NCBI GenBank assembly: GCA_010909165.1 | Contig: VJWM01000068.1 | Location: 310,001 to 374,000 of the forward strand | Direction of reading: 5' to 3' | Source of the DNA: Anthoceros angustus | Taxonomy: Eukaryota; Plantae; Anthocerotophyta | Length of the DNA: 64,000 nucleotides | In this document: piece by piece, positions 22,208 to 35,310 of the stretch | Numbering within the stretch: the stretch's first letter is position 1 | How the letters are laid out: each line of letters starts with the position of its first letter | The notes under the pieces: generated by a model | Told to the model about the DNA's origin: nothing | Seen by the model: the letters and a program-made list of their open reading frames with translations, nothing else | The model's database searches: none | Program-made: the position numbers and the translations under genes

Positions 22208-23749
22208 TCGCTCGCCCTCTTTGACCCTCAGGATCTGAAGGCTCGCATCCTCAGTGTCTCAGACCCTCATTCGTAGGAAGAATTCTGGTGCGAGAAGGAC
22301 AAGATGCAAAATTGTGTGGAACAAGGACCTGGGAAGTCGGTAATTTGAGCTGTCCTTCGTGAAATACTCGGCATGGAATGTAGTAATCAGCCACCTCCCA
22401 GCATTTGAGGCCGGAACCGAACCCCGACTTGATCAGATATCAGATCGTCAAGCCCGAACCCTAATCCTAGAGACGATCTGCAGACCTCGCCTTCAAAGTC
22501 GATCCAGTCGTCCCACCTCAGTTCTTCCTTCAAGACTCGTATTTCCCACGGCGCAGTCGGGGGGGGGAGAGCGGGGGGGAGGGGGGTTACCCTATTTTCA
22601 ACTCTCTTATGGAACAAGAGTTTCATTTGTGGGGCTTTCGTTTTTTATGGAACAGCTTTTCAGCTTCCTACAGTTACTACAGACTCGTAGCCACCGGCAG
22701 AGCTTTGATTTGAAGGGCTTTTTTTGTCTAGTCCGGCGGGTTTCATTTGAAGCGGAGACGAGGGTACGGCGAGGCGACGGGGCTGCGGCCATGGTGCAGA
22801 GTCGCTGGAGCGGGCATCAGGGAGATATTCTCCTTCCGTTTTGCCCTCCCCTTCGGTTTGCCTTTAGCCAGGAAACGTGGAAACGTCGCTGCATACGCAA
22901 CCCTCCGGCTATGGGGTTTGCAGCATGCCCCTGCTGTCTGTGAATGCGACTACCATAAATTTTGCTCTTGCATATTGCCCAGGCGAAGCGTTGTGCTGCC
23001 GGAAGCCCAGGCAGTTGAGTTTGTTCCACCTGCCTGGGGAACATGTATGGCCAATGTGGTGAAGTGAAGATGCACGCCGGGTTTTTCACATTATGGACGC
23101 AGCAATGTGATAACATGAAATGCCCTGGATGGACGGATGGATCACAAGGGCCTCACTGTATCTGACCCATCTTACTTTTGGTTGCAAGTGCCTTACTTGA
23201 AGCGGCTTTCGCCTGGAGCTTTTCATTCCATGCCATGGTTCTTCACAATTCTCTGCAGTGATGATCCGTAAACCTCAGAGCAACCAATCTCAGAGTTTGA
23301 AGCTTTCCAATCTCGGCCTGGATTGGGAGCCCGACAGAGACATGTTCAATCAGTTCATGTTACTAGGGCCCGCCGGGCAGTTCTAACTTCTCTGGCGGAG
23401 ACGGATCCTACTATTTCTCGGGCACTGTTTTACACTGCTTAGAAGGATCTGCCTATCTAGGACTGGACGCCCTGCCTCTGCTGACTTGGGCAGGCCAGAG
23501 GTGCTCTTAAGCTAGAGCACCTCTGGCCTGCCCTTAAGTCGTTTATATTTCTGGCTGAGAAGTGCACCCTGATGTGTCACAAATGTAGCATTCCTCGTGA
23601 GGGGCTTCTTTGAAACTGCCTACTAAACATGCATGCAAAATGTGGCAAACTGAAAGACGCACGCTAGGGTTGGGAGAACTTGGCCAAATGACACGGACAC
23701 GAGCCGCCCGATGGTAATAATAAAATTAATACAGAGAGAAATTTAAACC

Positions 23750-24330
23750 TATTCACCATGATGCCAATCAATGAACACAGACCCTAGACCGACATGACCA
23801 ACATGGCCAGAGAGACAGCAGTGAGAGTGCAGCGACGCGGACGTTGTAGAGAGGAATATACCGGGCAATACCAGAAGCTGCGGTCGGTATCTGCCCCGGT
23901 GTGTGAGAAAATAACCTCCCTCACAGGCGAACGGAGAGCTCGGGGTTGAAGAATCGGTGACGGATCCAGGGTTTGATGAGTCTTGGTTAGGTAGCTGTGT
24001 GCCGCAATTTTCCATAACCATGCTAGGGAAGTCCTGGATCTGCGGAAAGGAACGCTAAGCTGAGCTTGTGGACCTTGTACCTTGCCAGAACAGGTATGTC
24101 CTCGTTCTCACCTAACCGGTATCCATGCCGGTGGACAATCCCACACAAAAAGCGGCCGGAGTAGAAGGCCAGGGCAGCGCTGCATGTCTGGAACTCGGCG
24201 GACGTTAGACGCGATAGCCAAGCTCTGGAGACAGCCCGGAACCTAGCCTGGCTGGAGGGGGGGGGGGCAGCACAAGCAAGATGTTGTCCACGATCTCCTG
24301 CGGCAGGAGGCTCCACAAGGCACTGTCCAT
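23750..24330 (-). pseudogene. F-box gene remnant
   Basis: ATG at 24330 gives MDSALWSLLPQEIVDNIL, then a frameshift near the poly-C run, then ACxPPSSQARFRAVSRAWLSRLTSAEF (F-box motif) and later HKLSLAFL. Confidence 0.75.
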
Positions 24331-25307
24331 CTGAACTGGAAGCTCTAAGCGAAGGTTGAGAGGAGAAATCCTCCTCTTCCAACATGTAAACCCTGAGATA
24401 ACCTCCAGCTTCTCCCGCCATCCCAGTGCCCCCAGCCATCACCTATGAAAGGATAGGAAAACCCATCCACCCAAAAACAAAGGCGGAAAACCCACCATAA
24501 CGTCGTGCTGTGGGATTTTGCCCCACGATCACGCATTTCAAAATTACCAATTCAAGAACTTCGTGGTCGTGGATGTGAAAAGGCCTACTTACCACCGGGT
24601 GTCAAGAAGCTGCATCTCCAAAGACTACCGTCGCTCTATATACCGCATTAGCTAACGCCCGCAGAGCGATGGAAACCCTCCGCCATGTAAGAAAGCAACA
24701 ATACAAGAAAGGGGAGGCTAACCCCATTCCTGTGCTATGATAAGCCTTGACGCAGCCTTGATTTAACCTAGAGAAATCCTTGCCCATGGCCGGAGCACAA
24801 GCAAGATGTTGTCCACGATCGCGGTGAGGCTCCACAAGGCACACCATCCGAATCGAAGCTCTAAGCGAAGGTTGAGAGGAGAAATCCTCCTCTTCCAACA
24901 TGTAAACCCTGAGATAACCTCCAGCTTCTCCCGCCATCCCAGTGCCCCCAGCCATCACCTATGAAAGGATAGGAAAACCCATCCACCCAAAAACAAAGGC
25001 GGAAAAACCCAACGAAGGGCATCGTGCCAGGGGGATTTTGCCCCCACGATCACGCATTTCAAAATTACCAATTGCCCGAAGAACTTCGTGGTCAGGGATG
25101 TGAAAAGGCCTACTTACCACCGGTGTCGAAGAAGCTGCATCTCCAAAGACCGCCGTTTCTATATACCGCATTAGCTAACGCCCGCAGCGATGGAAACCTC
25201 CCAAGAAGCAACAATACAAGAAAGGGGAGGCTAACCCCATTCCCCGGCTATGATAAGCCTTGACGCAGCCTTGACGAACCTAGAGAAATCCTTGCCCATG
25301 GCCTGGA
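24270..25307. repeat. Tandem duplication of ~525 bp (LINE 3' end + F-box 5' start)
   Basis: gcacaagcaagatgttgtccacgatc occurs at 24270 and 24795. The downstream blocks repeat colinearly. Confidence 0.93.
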
Positions 25308-28090
25308 GTCCGAATGGCAAGGGGACGGCATGGCTGGCCCCGCATAGGAGAGTACTTGAGGACCTTAGCCGTCGCGCATCCCTCCGCCGCCCAACCTGGA
25401 GGGTTAAGAATAACATGTTCGTAGACACTCTCCCGGGTGGGATCGGTTGCAACCACATCAGCAACCGAAACCTGATCCTCCCGGGTCAAAAATAGGTCTG
25501 CCCTAAGCGAAACCCAATTGAGCAAGGTGTAAGGGCGCTCCCTAAATGGATGGAACCCGCATTCCCTAGCAATAGAGAACATGATGTCCCAGACGGCGTC
25601 ATGTGTAGCGATATGCTGCCCACCCGCGGGACAGCAAGCCAAGTGTGTCCCAGAGTCATCGAGAGGAGCCCCGCAGCTACAAGTAGAAAGAGAGCAAGCC
25701 AGAGGATGGACCAAGCCAAGGCGAAAATGCATCGCGGTGGAAAAAGTTGTTGGTGAGATGCGGAACGCCTGAATACTAGGTCAAGCTGGCTGTGAACCCG
25801 CCCCCCGAGCAAGAGCGGAGACGTGCATGAGTGGGCCTAGGAATGGAGGAATCCCGGAGGAGGGCCAATTGCGCCTGCCCATACTGTTTCTCCAGGAGGG
25901 ACGCCTCCTCGGAGCCCAACCTCGGAAAGCGAGGAAAAAGACGGCATGGCAGCCCTCGCCTCCGAGGATAAAGAGTCCCTGGCTAATCTTATTGAGGCCT
26001 GCATGGGAAAAATCCCCTCCTCAACGCCCGCGATAAAAGCCTCCAGGATATGTGAATGCCAAATTAAGAAACGGGAGGACAAGATGGGGGCAGAGAGAGC
26101 CCAGCTCCCTAAGAAAGCCGTTAGCGCGGAGGCGTCCGTGTCTAGCAAACCTGTGCCCCCAAAAGTGATGGGAAGGAACGCCTGCCGCTTCGCAAGATCC
26201 CCGGCCGCACACTCGAAGGTGCATGGGCCGATGATGTCGCCTAAAACCTGCATAAGCCGCTTGTCGAAATGCCTTAGGCTAGACAAGAAAGCAGGGAGGG
26301 AGCAACCGTTCGGAGAAGGTACCCTGGCCGGCGCACAAAACAAAAGGAGAGGATCCCAAACACCACTTGCGGGTCTCCCAGTTGAGAAAGGTCGTCGATG
26401 TGTGCCAAATCCTCGCCCAAAGCCGCCCACATAATCCTCGGTGAAGGGAGGCCCAATCGGGACACCAAGAACCCAAGCCCCATGGAGAAGCAATATCCTC
26501 CGTGACACGGAGAAAAAGGCACAACGCTAGAGGGAGACCAAATCTTGCACTTGATGATTTTGACCTTCAAACTGAGGCGGGAGAGCTCTGAAGCGAAAAA
26601 ATCACATGCCACTTTAACCTTGTCTCCCCAGGATATACACACGCTACGGATACAAGCATTCCCACAATCAAGAGGTGAGGAAGACAAAGCCTCGAATACG
26701 CCATGGCAAAGAGAGCACCTCCCAGAGGGCCACCTTGCCTAGTGCTCGTCGTCAAGCTCAACACAGGGACCCCTTCCATTGAGGGGCCATGCTGATAATA
26801 GAGGTTGGAAGGAGACTCATAAAAGGAGCGGACAAAAGGAATAAGGCTGGCCAACTGTCCACCTGTGTTCTTGAGCTCGTCGAAGATGGCCGACCGTGAG
26901 ACAGAGTTGAAGGCATTCTCCACATCGACCTGAAGTGCTAGCAACCCAATCAGGGTGGGTCTCGAGAACCACATCCACCCCAAAAGCCACAGACTCGCAG
27001 GCCCCCGGCGTAGCAATCCCAAACGGATGAGGACTAAGATGGGCCTATAATCGCCCCTGCCGGATGGCAATACTACGCCAATAAGTCAGGAACGCCTTGA
27101 AGGTGATAGACGCACTGGGTGGGCTTCTCCATTGCCGTCAACTTGCTCGCACCCAACACTTGAGAGATTCGAGGAGGAGTCTCCCCCCTCGCCACAGCGA
27201 TAGCGAGAAGAAAACAGCTCGGAAAAATCGCTAGAAGGATCCTTAGGAATAAAATGGTCTCGAAGGTGGTCATGGACCGTTCCAGACATGCCACCTGAAG
27301 AGAAGCGTGGGGCAGTGGTTAAGGCCCGACCGAAGACGGCCCTGTCAAGACAAAAGAGCTCCTCCAGGACAAAGTCCCCAATATCCTGCGAAGTGGAGCT
27401 CCTTTGGCCCGGATGAGGGGCGTGAAGAGCATCAATGGTCTCCTCGGAGGCAGACGCCATGCACGTGAGCCCGAGCCTTTAGTAAGCATACTCCACCCAA
27501 TAGGACGCACCGTTTGAGACGCGCCTTTGCAGGGTCCAGACGAACCTGATCCACCTTTGCAAAATCCAACCAAGACCTCGCTGCGCGCCCGGCCTCTTCC
27601 CGTAAACGCTCCCAATCCTCCGCCCGGAAATGACGAAGACGGGAGGTGACCTCCCGATGCCCGGAAAAACCATCACGGGAGCGACGGAGACACCACCGAG
27701 GGAGAAATAGGAACAAGGCCCAGGCAGCCTCGTCCCCCGGGTCCTGTGCGAGGCGGTCCAAGGGAAGGCGATAGGCAAGGCAGACATCGTCCTAAAGGCG
27801 CAGCGGGAGGCGCCAAAGACTGGGAAGGCCAGACAAAGCCAAGATGATCGATCGCCTCAAGCCACAAGACTCCGGAGAGGGCTCAAGTGGGTTACTTGGG
27901 GCAAGTGGTACAGCAGTGGAAGTAGATGAAGATGCAAATTGCAGCTGAGCCTCCCAAGTCGTCCGATCAAAATCCTTGTGGACCCGACCTATGTGGTTCC
28001 TGACCCCACGAGGCTTGAATAATTTCCCACACATGGGACATAGAGTGTCCTTCACATGGACGGGAGAAGGAGGCCCCATGCATCGAAAAA
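24440..28090 (-). mobile_element. CRE-clade non-LTR retrotransposon (C2H2 finger - RT - CCHC - restriction-like endonuclease), frameshifted
   Basis: CPMCGKLFKPRGVRNHIGRVH, ALQVDVENAFNSVSR, TRQGGPLGGALFA, LGVPIG, QAFLPITFGGTGL, RLGL..CSCGAPLDDSGTHLACC..HIATHDAV, RADL..VADV, RVSIAL. Confidence 0.88.
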
Positions 28091-28129
28091 AGAAAAACCT
28101 GAATGCGGCTACCCTTCAAGGTTCACCTT

Positions 28130-28600
28130 CCTCGCTGTCAACAACCATTGCCAATAATCCCACATACCAAAGTGGAGCACTTTGGAATTTGTGAAGCATG
28201 TGCACTTGGTAAAAGCCATTGCAGCCTTTTTCCCAAATATGGTTCAAGGAATACACAGATTGGGCAGAAAAACAGACTGGAGAACACCTTCTCACACTCT
28301 GAAGCGATGGTGGTGGAGAGTATACCTCCACCGAGTTTAACCAATTCTGCCCAAGACATACTGGCCGGAAGCAATGGCCCATGCAGTCTATCTTATTAAT
28401 CGCAGCATTATGCCTGCTCTCCCAAAACAAACTCCTTATGAAGTCTGGATACGCCGCAAGCTTGACCTCTCCAACCTTCGTGCTTTTGGCTCCTTGGTGT
28501 ATGCCCACGTTCCAAGATCTGTCCGAACCAAACTGGACGACAGGGCCACCAAATACCTGTCCAAGCTGAATCCGACAGCGACGACGAACAACACATCGTC
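28130..28600 (+). mobile_element. Deleted Ty1/copia integrase fragment
   Basis: CEACALGKSH, SDGGGEYTSTEF and AVYLINRS..TPYEVW..DLSNLRAFGSLVYAHVP..RTKLDDRA. Confidence 0.88.
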
Positions 28601-29214
28601 ACCGACGCTCCCAGCCAATTGCAACCAGCACCTGGCGCTCCACCTGCAGTGCTGGCCCAGCCAGATCTGGTGTTCGGCATCTTCGACTTTGACACCATTT
28701 CCTCTGCATCGTGCCTTCTACTCCTCGGGCCCCGACAACGCCTCGGCTCAAAGGGGAACACCAAGAAGCCCGGCAAGAATCCACGCCATTGGCAACTCCC
28801 TCGACGATCTCTTCCAAGCTCCAAGTATATAGGCACATCACAAGATGCGCATTCTCAAGGCGCACACAATGATTGGCGAACTGCACAAAACGGCCAACAA
28901 TCGGAGACGCTAGGCTCCGCATAAGATCGGCACCACCAAGGACCTCAAAGCAGCCCCCCTCGACTTCAAACCCGCTCCCACGACTTGAACGAGATAAGCC
29001 ACACTTGGATATACCACAAAGCTACATATACTTGCACGGACAGCAAGGCTATACAGAAAACAAGCAGCGCGGAATGTCATCGAAAACGCAGGTGGCCTGA
29101 CCACGACCAGGAGGGTCAGCCTCCGTCGGGCTCAGCTCCGTCCCAATGAGCCCCTCTGTAGTCCATATTATTGGGTCATATCTCCATGTCATGCCATTCA
29201 TTCATGGATACTCT

Positions 29215-29470
29215 TGGGACATCGTGAGCTAGGGGCTTTGAGTGCCTTATGGGCGATCTGGCCCTGGCAAGCGTCCATGCTAGTGCAATTCTAGGGGATC
29301 AGTATACTCTCACCGGAGGTTTCTCACCTGGCGTCTTTCTGGACCCTATCTATCCTTGCTTTGGCCTCTTACTTCATCCTCCATGATATGCCCTTTTTGG
29401 AGGATCTCGTTTTTGGTGTGGAGGAGGGAACTTTCCCTCCCCAAATGTCCTTAAGGCACGCCGGGGATAT
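29215..29470 (+). mobile_element. Degenerate CRE-like LINE fragment
   Basis: LEDLVFGVEEGTFPPQMSLRHAGD aligns with LEAFIAGVEEGIFPMQASIRLARD of the minus-strand LINE. Confidence 0.7.
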
Positions 29471-32400
29471 ATCTTCGTGTCACTGCCTTCGTGTTACTCT
29501 GGAGCTTTGCATCCTGAGTGGCCTCTCAATCTTGACTTCCACTCCAGCATTTTGCCAAGTTGCCTTCTTAATTGCTTGCAAAGTATTTCCCGAGGTAGGC
29601 GGAGGCAAGCTTGGAAATGTCGGAAAGCATTAGAAGACGGATTCTTGAATGTGTCCTTACAGCATGAAGGGCATATTTCAAGCTACAAAGGTCGTCGGAA
29701 TTGAGGCCAACAATCTCCACAACCCTACGATGGCTTTGTATGTGACACCCACGATGACTTTTTGATGAAGCGGCTTGGGCTGCCCTCTTGTGGGCTAGAC
29801 TTCAAGACACAAATATCAACCTTTGAGCTAGCAAAAAAGCGATTCCATATCTCAAATATCTTGAACTTGTTTTATGGCGGAGAGAGTAGCCCTACTAGAA
29901 AAGGGCACCCTATGTTACAGTGGATGTTGCAATTTTTTGTTACACTTCCACATTGCAACATGTTTTGGAGGGTTGGTATTAAGTTTGTTAGTTCCCCTTG
30001 GTGTGCCATCTTAACACGAACTGCACTCTCTTCCCACCTCCCCTTCGGTACACCCTCTCTCACAAGCATTGTTAATAATTTCCCACCTGCCATTGTTACA
30101 GTCGTGTTGCAATTTTATGTACCACTTCCAACTTCCATCATGGTTTAATGGCTTGGTGTTAAGTTGGTCCATTCTTTCTCTTCGATCTCCCACCATCCTA
30201 ACACAATGCTTGGTCTCTCACTTCATGTACCACTTCAAAATTGCAACACTTTATGGTGGCTAGGTGTTCATGGTGTCCTTTTCTTATCCACCTTCTCACC
30301 CCATCTTAACACAATACTTGGTCTCTCTCCTCTCACCTCACCCTGCTATTTATTGCCCCCTTATCACACCCTTTTATACTCTTTCACTTCTCCTCCTCCT
30401 TCATGACTGTGAGGAGGACCTCCCCTATCACAGCCATTTTATACTCTTCCACTATTCCTCTCTCACCTTGCTTGTTACAATGACCTCTCTCCCTCTTCCT
30501 TCCTTTTACCTCCTTTGCATATACTCAATATACATATATATGTTTGTAGGCTTCAAGACATAAGTATGTGTACGCTTATATGTACACATCCATCCGTTAT
30601 ACTTCTATTATATTAGTGTATTTACATGCCTCTTTGTATACGTATATACGCACGTATATATAGGCATCAAGACTTGTTTATATAATAATATATATGTGCT
30701 AACCCTTACGTCACTCTCATACCTTATATATCTAAGTGTTTGATTTTATTGACAATTTAAATCAAATTTTTGGACACTTCAATCGTCCTCTATCCCTTGC
30801 GCCTTTGTTTCCACCGATGCAATACGAACTCCACGTGATATGGGCATATGCGGGCGTGCACCACCAACATGTGCCTCGAATCGGCGACGCGACGCCACTT
30901 GGTGACTCTTCAGACCAACACCATTGGTTTCAGGGTTCCTCCACATCTTCCTACACCTATCCAGCGACCTCTATAACCACTTTCACGGCAGAGGACCCAT
31001 GTCAATGCTAGGCTACAAAGGTGGGCAGACCAATTCCCTCTTGTTTGTTGCTAATTGACCATCACCGTCCACCCATGCACGCGACTCCATCGTCCGCAGG
31101 AAAACATCTCGACCATTTACATTCCTCCACAAACGGCCCCTACCCATAGATCGGTACCAACCATTCCTATGTCACTTGCGCCTACACCCCTTCGCCACCG
31201 TCCGACTCGACTCCTCTTGCAGCTTCAACACCGTTGTCTTTGCTTGACCCTCTTCGCAAGACCTCCTCGTTCCTCCGTGTGGTCCACCTTCGGGGCGACC
31301 ACCCACTAGCCTCAATGGCTAGCCCTTCACTCCGGCCCCATAGGCTGCCAAATCACCACTTCCACAATTCCATGGCAAACGAATAGCATTCAATCTCTCG
31401 ATCCGGGTTGCCACCCTACTCACGCTTTTGACACGGATCGTGATACGCCTTGTCGGTGGCACGCCATCACACCTCCGTGATCCCCACCATCCACGTTGCC
31501 TCCGGCATCACTTGACGGTGACGCTCCCTGCTTGGCACCTTCCTCCATCTTCCTTCTCCACCGGGTTCTGCCTTCCTTCACGACCGCCTTCACCTTCCAC
31601 CGCTTTTCCTTCCCTTCTTCCCTGCAGTCATGCACACGCATCACTTACAGCTCACGCCCCTACATAGCGAAACCTACATATCACAACCAAGCATTCCATT
31701 AACCGTCAACGACTATTTTACCACTCCAAGATTCTAAGATGTCCAATCCATGCCTTGCTGCCCACTTCAACTCATCCAGGTTGCGCCCTCCCCGTTGGAC
31801 ATACGTTTCTCGAACTCCTTTGCTCCCACCGGACCAAAGGGATTCGTCCCATGCTCGTGCTTGCAATTCTTGCCGACGCTTGCCTGGTGTTGGCCACACA
31901 CCACCATGCTTCAACAACGCCACCACGGCTTGTCGCACGCCTTTCTCCATGCCTTCGTGCTCACATTAGGCGGATGCAACCATTTTGCATCCTTCCCTTC
32001 TCCCTCCATTGCGACTTGCCGCACCTTCTTGCCCACATTGTGGTTCCTTGTCCGCGATGCACCCGCAAACCCGGCCACAATATCCTCGCCTATACTTGCA
32101 AACTCATACTCTACCTTCCTCACCGCCTTTCTCGCAAACTTCGTCGTGGCTCGACCATGGCATCATCACCCATTTTGCACACACTAGCTCCAACACACTG
32201 GTGAAGGCCTCCCTCACTCGTCCTTCCTCATCGGACGACTCTTAACATGGTAATTCTGTAAGGAGGTTAATATACGAACCCCCTTTCGGTGTTGCAGAAC
32301 CCCTTTGACGAAAATCACTCGGTATCTAAATCACGCAAAGCCATCACGCCTCCTCGACAATGGACCATTCTTGGCCCCCGACTAAGTCATGAACAACACA

Positions 32401-32559
32401 ATTGAGGCATACACACAATGATTAACAGTGTGCGCCCGGCTGGATGAAGCCATGATAGTGGAAGAGGGACGTTTTTAAATGTGCACTTCACAAAATGGCA
32501 CCGATAGACACATGGCATAATGAAGTTTATGTCAGGAATCCTAATACATTGGATCCGGT

Positions 32560-35310
32560 TACTCATGCGGGCTATTCTGGATCTCAACTGGGCCCTGAAC
32601 AGAAGCGGAATCTAAAACTACAGCTAGGTTTCGCATACGCTCCAGTTCTTCTTCACAAACTGCTATTCTCTCACCCAAAGCGTTGTCATCGTTATTAACC
32701 TCCGCTTGGACCTGTACGACGTGGGAGGTTGCCATATGGTATCCGCTTTCTGTCCTTCCTCCAACACCCGCCTGCTCGTCTTCATCCTCCTGGCACTCAA
32801 AGAAACAACTTGGGCCTTTGAACAATCCTTTTCACTTATACAAACCTCCTTTGCCCAGAACTGTGAAGGGCCTTTGCGGTGGGGCTCGAAGGTAAGCTCT
32901 TCTTCAACATCCGGGAGAACCTCGTATCCGTGGATGCGCTGGGGGATGTATCCAACACACCGTAAGTCTGCTTTGATGGCGATACAGTTTCTTCCACATA
33001 GCAAGGCTGCAAGTACCGTTGTGCCACTTCCGGAGCATGCGTCCACCACCCAGTCCCCTTCTTTTGAGAAGGTCTTGATCAATTTCATCATCAGCCCAAG
33101 AGGCCTTTGGTATGGGCATACCACCAACTTGTCATGGGACAAGTACACCTGCTTCTTTACCACATTGTCATGTCCTATGACGGACCTCCCATTGTTGAAA
33201 GTGCCATGCATGGCATTCGGCATCATCGGAGCTCGATCCTTTGAACACCCATCCTTCAAGCCCCATCCGACAGTCACATACTCCACTGTTTCAAATCCGC
33301 CCCTATCATTGCTCATGTTAGTTTTATCCCACACGAAAGACACCAGGCCACCCTTCTTACACCACTGCGCATCGATTCCGTCTTGTGTGGGCTTCCTCCA
33401 CTCCATGCATGACAATCATGCGGAAGTCTTATAGTTTTCTCAAAAGCTGAAATACTCAACATAGTGGCATCCATCCGTTTGTCCATAGGCCCAATATCAA
33501 AGCCTGGGCACATCCATGACTAACGGTGTACCTCCTCACCAAGGTAGCCCGCATCTCCAAAATATCTCGCTTCTCCACTTGGTAATGAACCTCCTTCTCA
33601 CCACGAACGAAAATGTGCAGCCCTTCATGAAGATCAGACCGCCATGTGCTCGTCTTCCAAACTCTTCCAATTATTGATCTCGAAAATGAAATTTTAAAGT
33701 CCTCCGGCATTTTACGCAAGTTGTCTATATCCTTCAATTGCCGCAAGGGCAAAACGTATAAGTGCATACAGCTGATGCATGAAACATTATGCACTAGATC
33801 TCAAAGGCATGGTGAGGCGCCGGCCGCCTCAAGCCTGAGTTCTATGGAGTGGATGAGGCGCCGGCCGCGCCTTCTAAGGCAGGTCCCCACATCACATGTG
33901 GAAGTGGCCTCCAGCCGGCGCTGCAAGAACGTTAGGGTTTGTAAGCAGAATATGAGAGAATTAGAAAACGATGGGTAGTATGGCACACCTTCCGTGAATG
34001 CCGTCTGAACCGAGCTATCATTTCGTCCGAATGCAAAGGATATTCCAGCCTAACCTCTTGAATGATGAGCAGCCCAAGTGTTTTACCATAGCCACTTGTA
34101 TAACATGAAACTTCTTCCGTAAGGTAATCTCCTCATCCATACCTTTTAGGTCGATAATTGTCAACACCTTCTGTCTACGATGAGTATCCACGACCGCACT
34201 CTCCAGGAATCCTTGAACGATTTCCACGGCTTTGCTAGCATATCCTTGACTTCACGTAACAAAGTGTCAACAACCTTAGCCTCCTCTTGTACCTTCCGCT
34301 TGCCTTTGCCTTCTTACTTGTTTTAGAACATGTTTTTCCGCTCGCAATTCTCCAGCCTCCATTTTGAAAATATTCGATCCACGTTGTCCCAAACCTTCCC
34401 TCTGCTTCGCAATGCATAAGATGTGGGTCCGATTGTCCACCTTATTCGCTTGTAAACATCGCCTTCCGACCTCCGTCGTCCTCAATCAAGCCCAATACAC
34501 GGTATAGGTTGAATTTCCAATTCATGGTCATCTGGACATCATCTCGGCAATAAGCGATTCGTCCCTCAAGTACCGACCCGCTCAATGAAGGACATCTTCT
34601 TCCTTTGTCCGACATCGATTGTGGTCTGCCGCATTCGCATTTCCGCCATCACCCATTAATACACATGAGCTTCCACATATTGGAAGCGTGTTTTCCTGGA
34701 GATATATCTCGCCAAATGTTTCATGGTGCAAAGGTATGGTTCCCACCAAGAACCCCCATAACATATTTCTTACGAACCTTTTCGGTCCAACTTGAGGTTG
34801 TCACACTCGTCGGGTCGATCATGCAAAGGAGAGGTAACACGCCTCCTCAATCCTTCCCTTCGATATTACACGAGCCAAATAATTTGCCCATGCCTCGTCC
34901 ACTCTCCTTATCTGCGCATACGGTGTAATATGGGATGCTGGTTTCAAATTCTCCACTTCACTAATACTGCTTCTGAACCACCTTCTTGGAGTAAGCCGAG
35001 TCAATTGTCAAAGTGCATCTCGATAGCATCCTCCGGCCTTTCCTCGTCTGCACGAACATGAGCAGTGGCAATGTTTTCCGGATGGTCCCCTTTCCTCCAT
35101 CTCTTCGACTTCTTCTTCCCACTACCGCCGCCACATCGCCATCGCCGTCTGGTTCACCGGCAGAGACATCCGTAGTGCTCTTCCGCTTTCCACCTCGCCC
35201 ACCACATCACCGCCTCGCCTCCTCTTCTTCGGCTCACGGGCCGGCCCCACCTCCTCCTTCTTCAACAGCGGCCAGGGCGCCCCGTCGCCTAGTCCATCTC
35301 CCCAATGGAA
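32560..35310 (-). CDS. ParB/Srx-like domain + beta-class N4C/N6A DNA methyltransferase fusion (frameshifted as assembled)
   Basis: ParB-like: YAQIRRVDEAWANYLARVI and VLGGNHT (34747-34733). MTase: motif IV-like LVMDVP(Y)GFD (33514-33506, 2-nt lesion), CPYQRPLGLMMKLIKTFSKEGDWVV, motif I DACSGSGTTVLAALLCGRNCIAI (from 33043). The C-terminus is coiled-coil-like. Confidence 0.85.

Noticed and set aside
22558-22588. G-run cluster (possible G-quadruplex) upstream of VPS54
   Set aside because: Homopolymer lengths are unreliable here and there is no supporting evidence of function.
29600-30700. Short ORFs and CT/AT-rich tracts
   Set aside because: Could not be assigned; probably decayed repeat and low-complexity sequence.
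32239-32245. CTC-TTAA, resembling a Sola3 right end
   Set aside because: No matching TTAA-GAG left end was found. The inverted match to 48880-48912 explains the site better.
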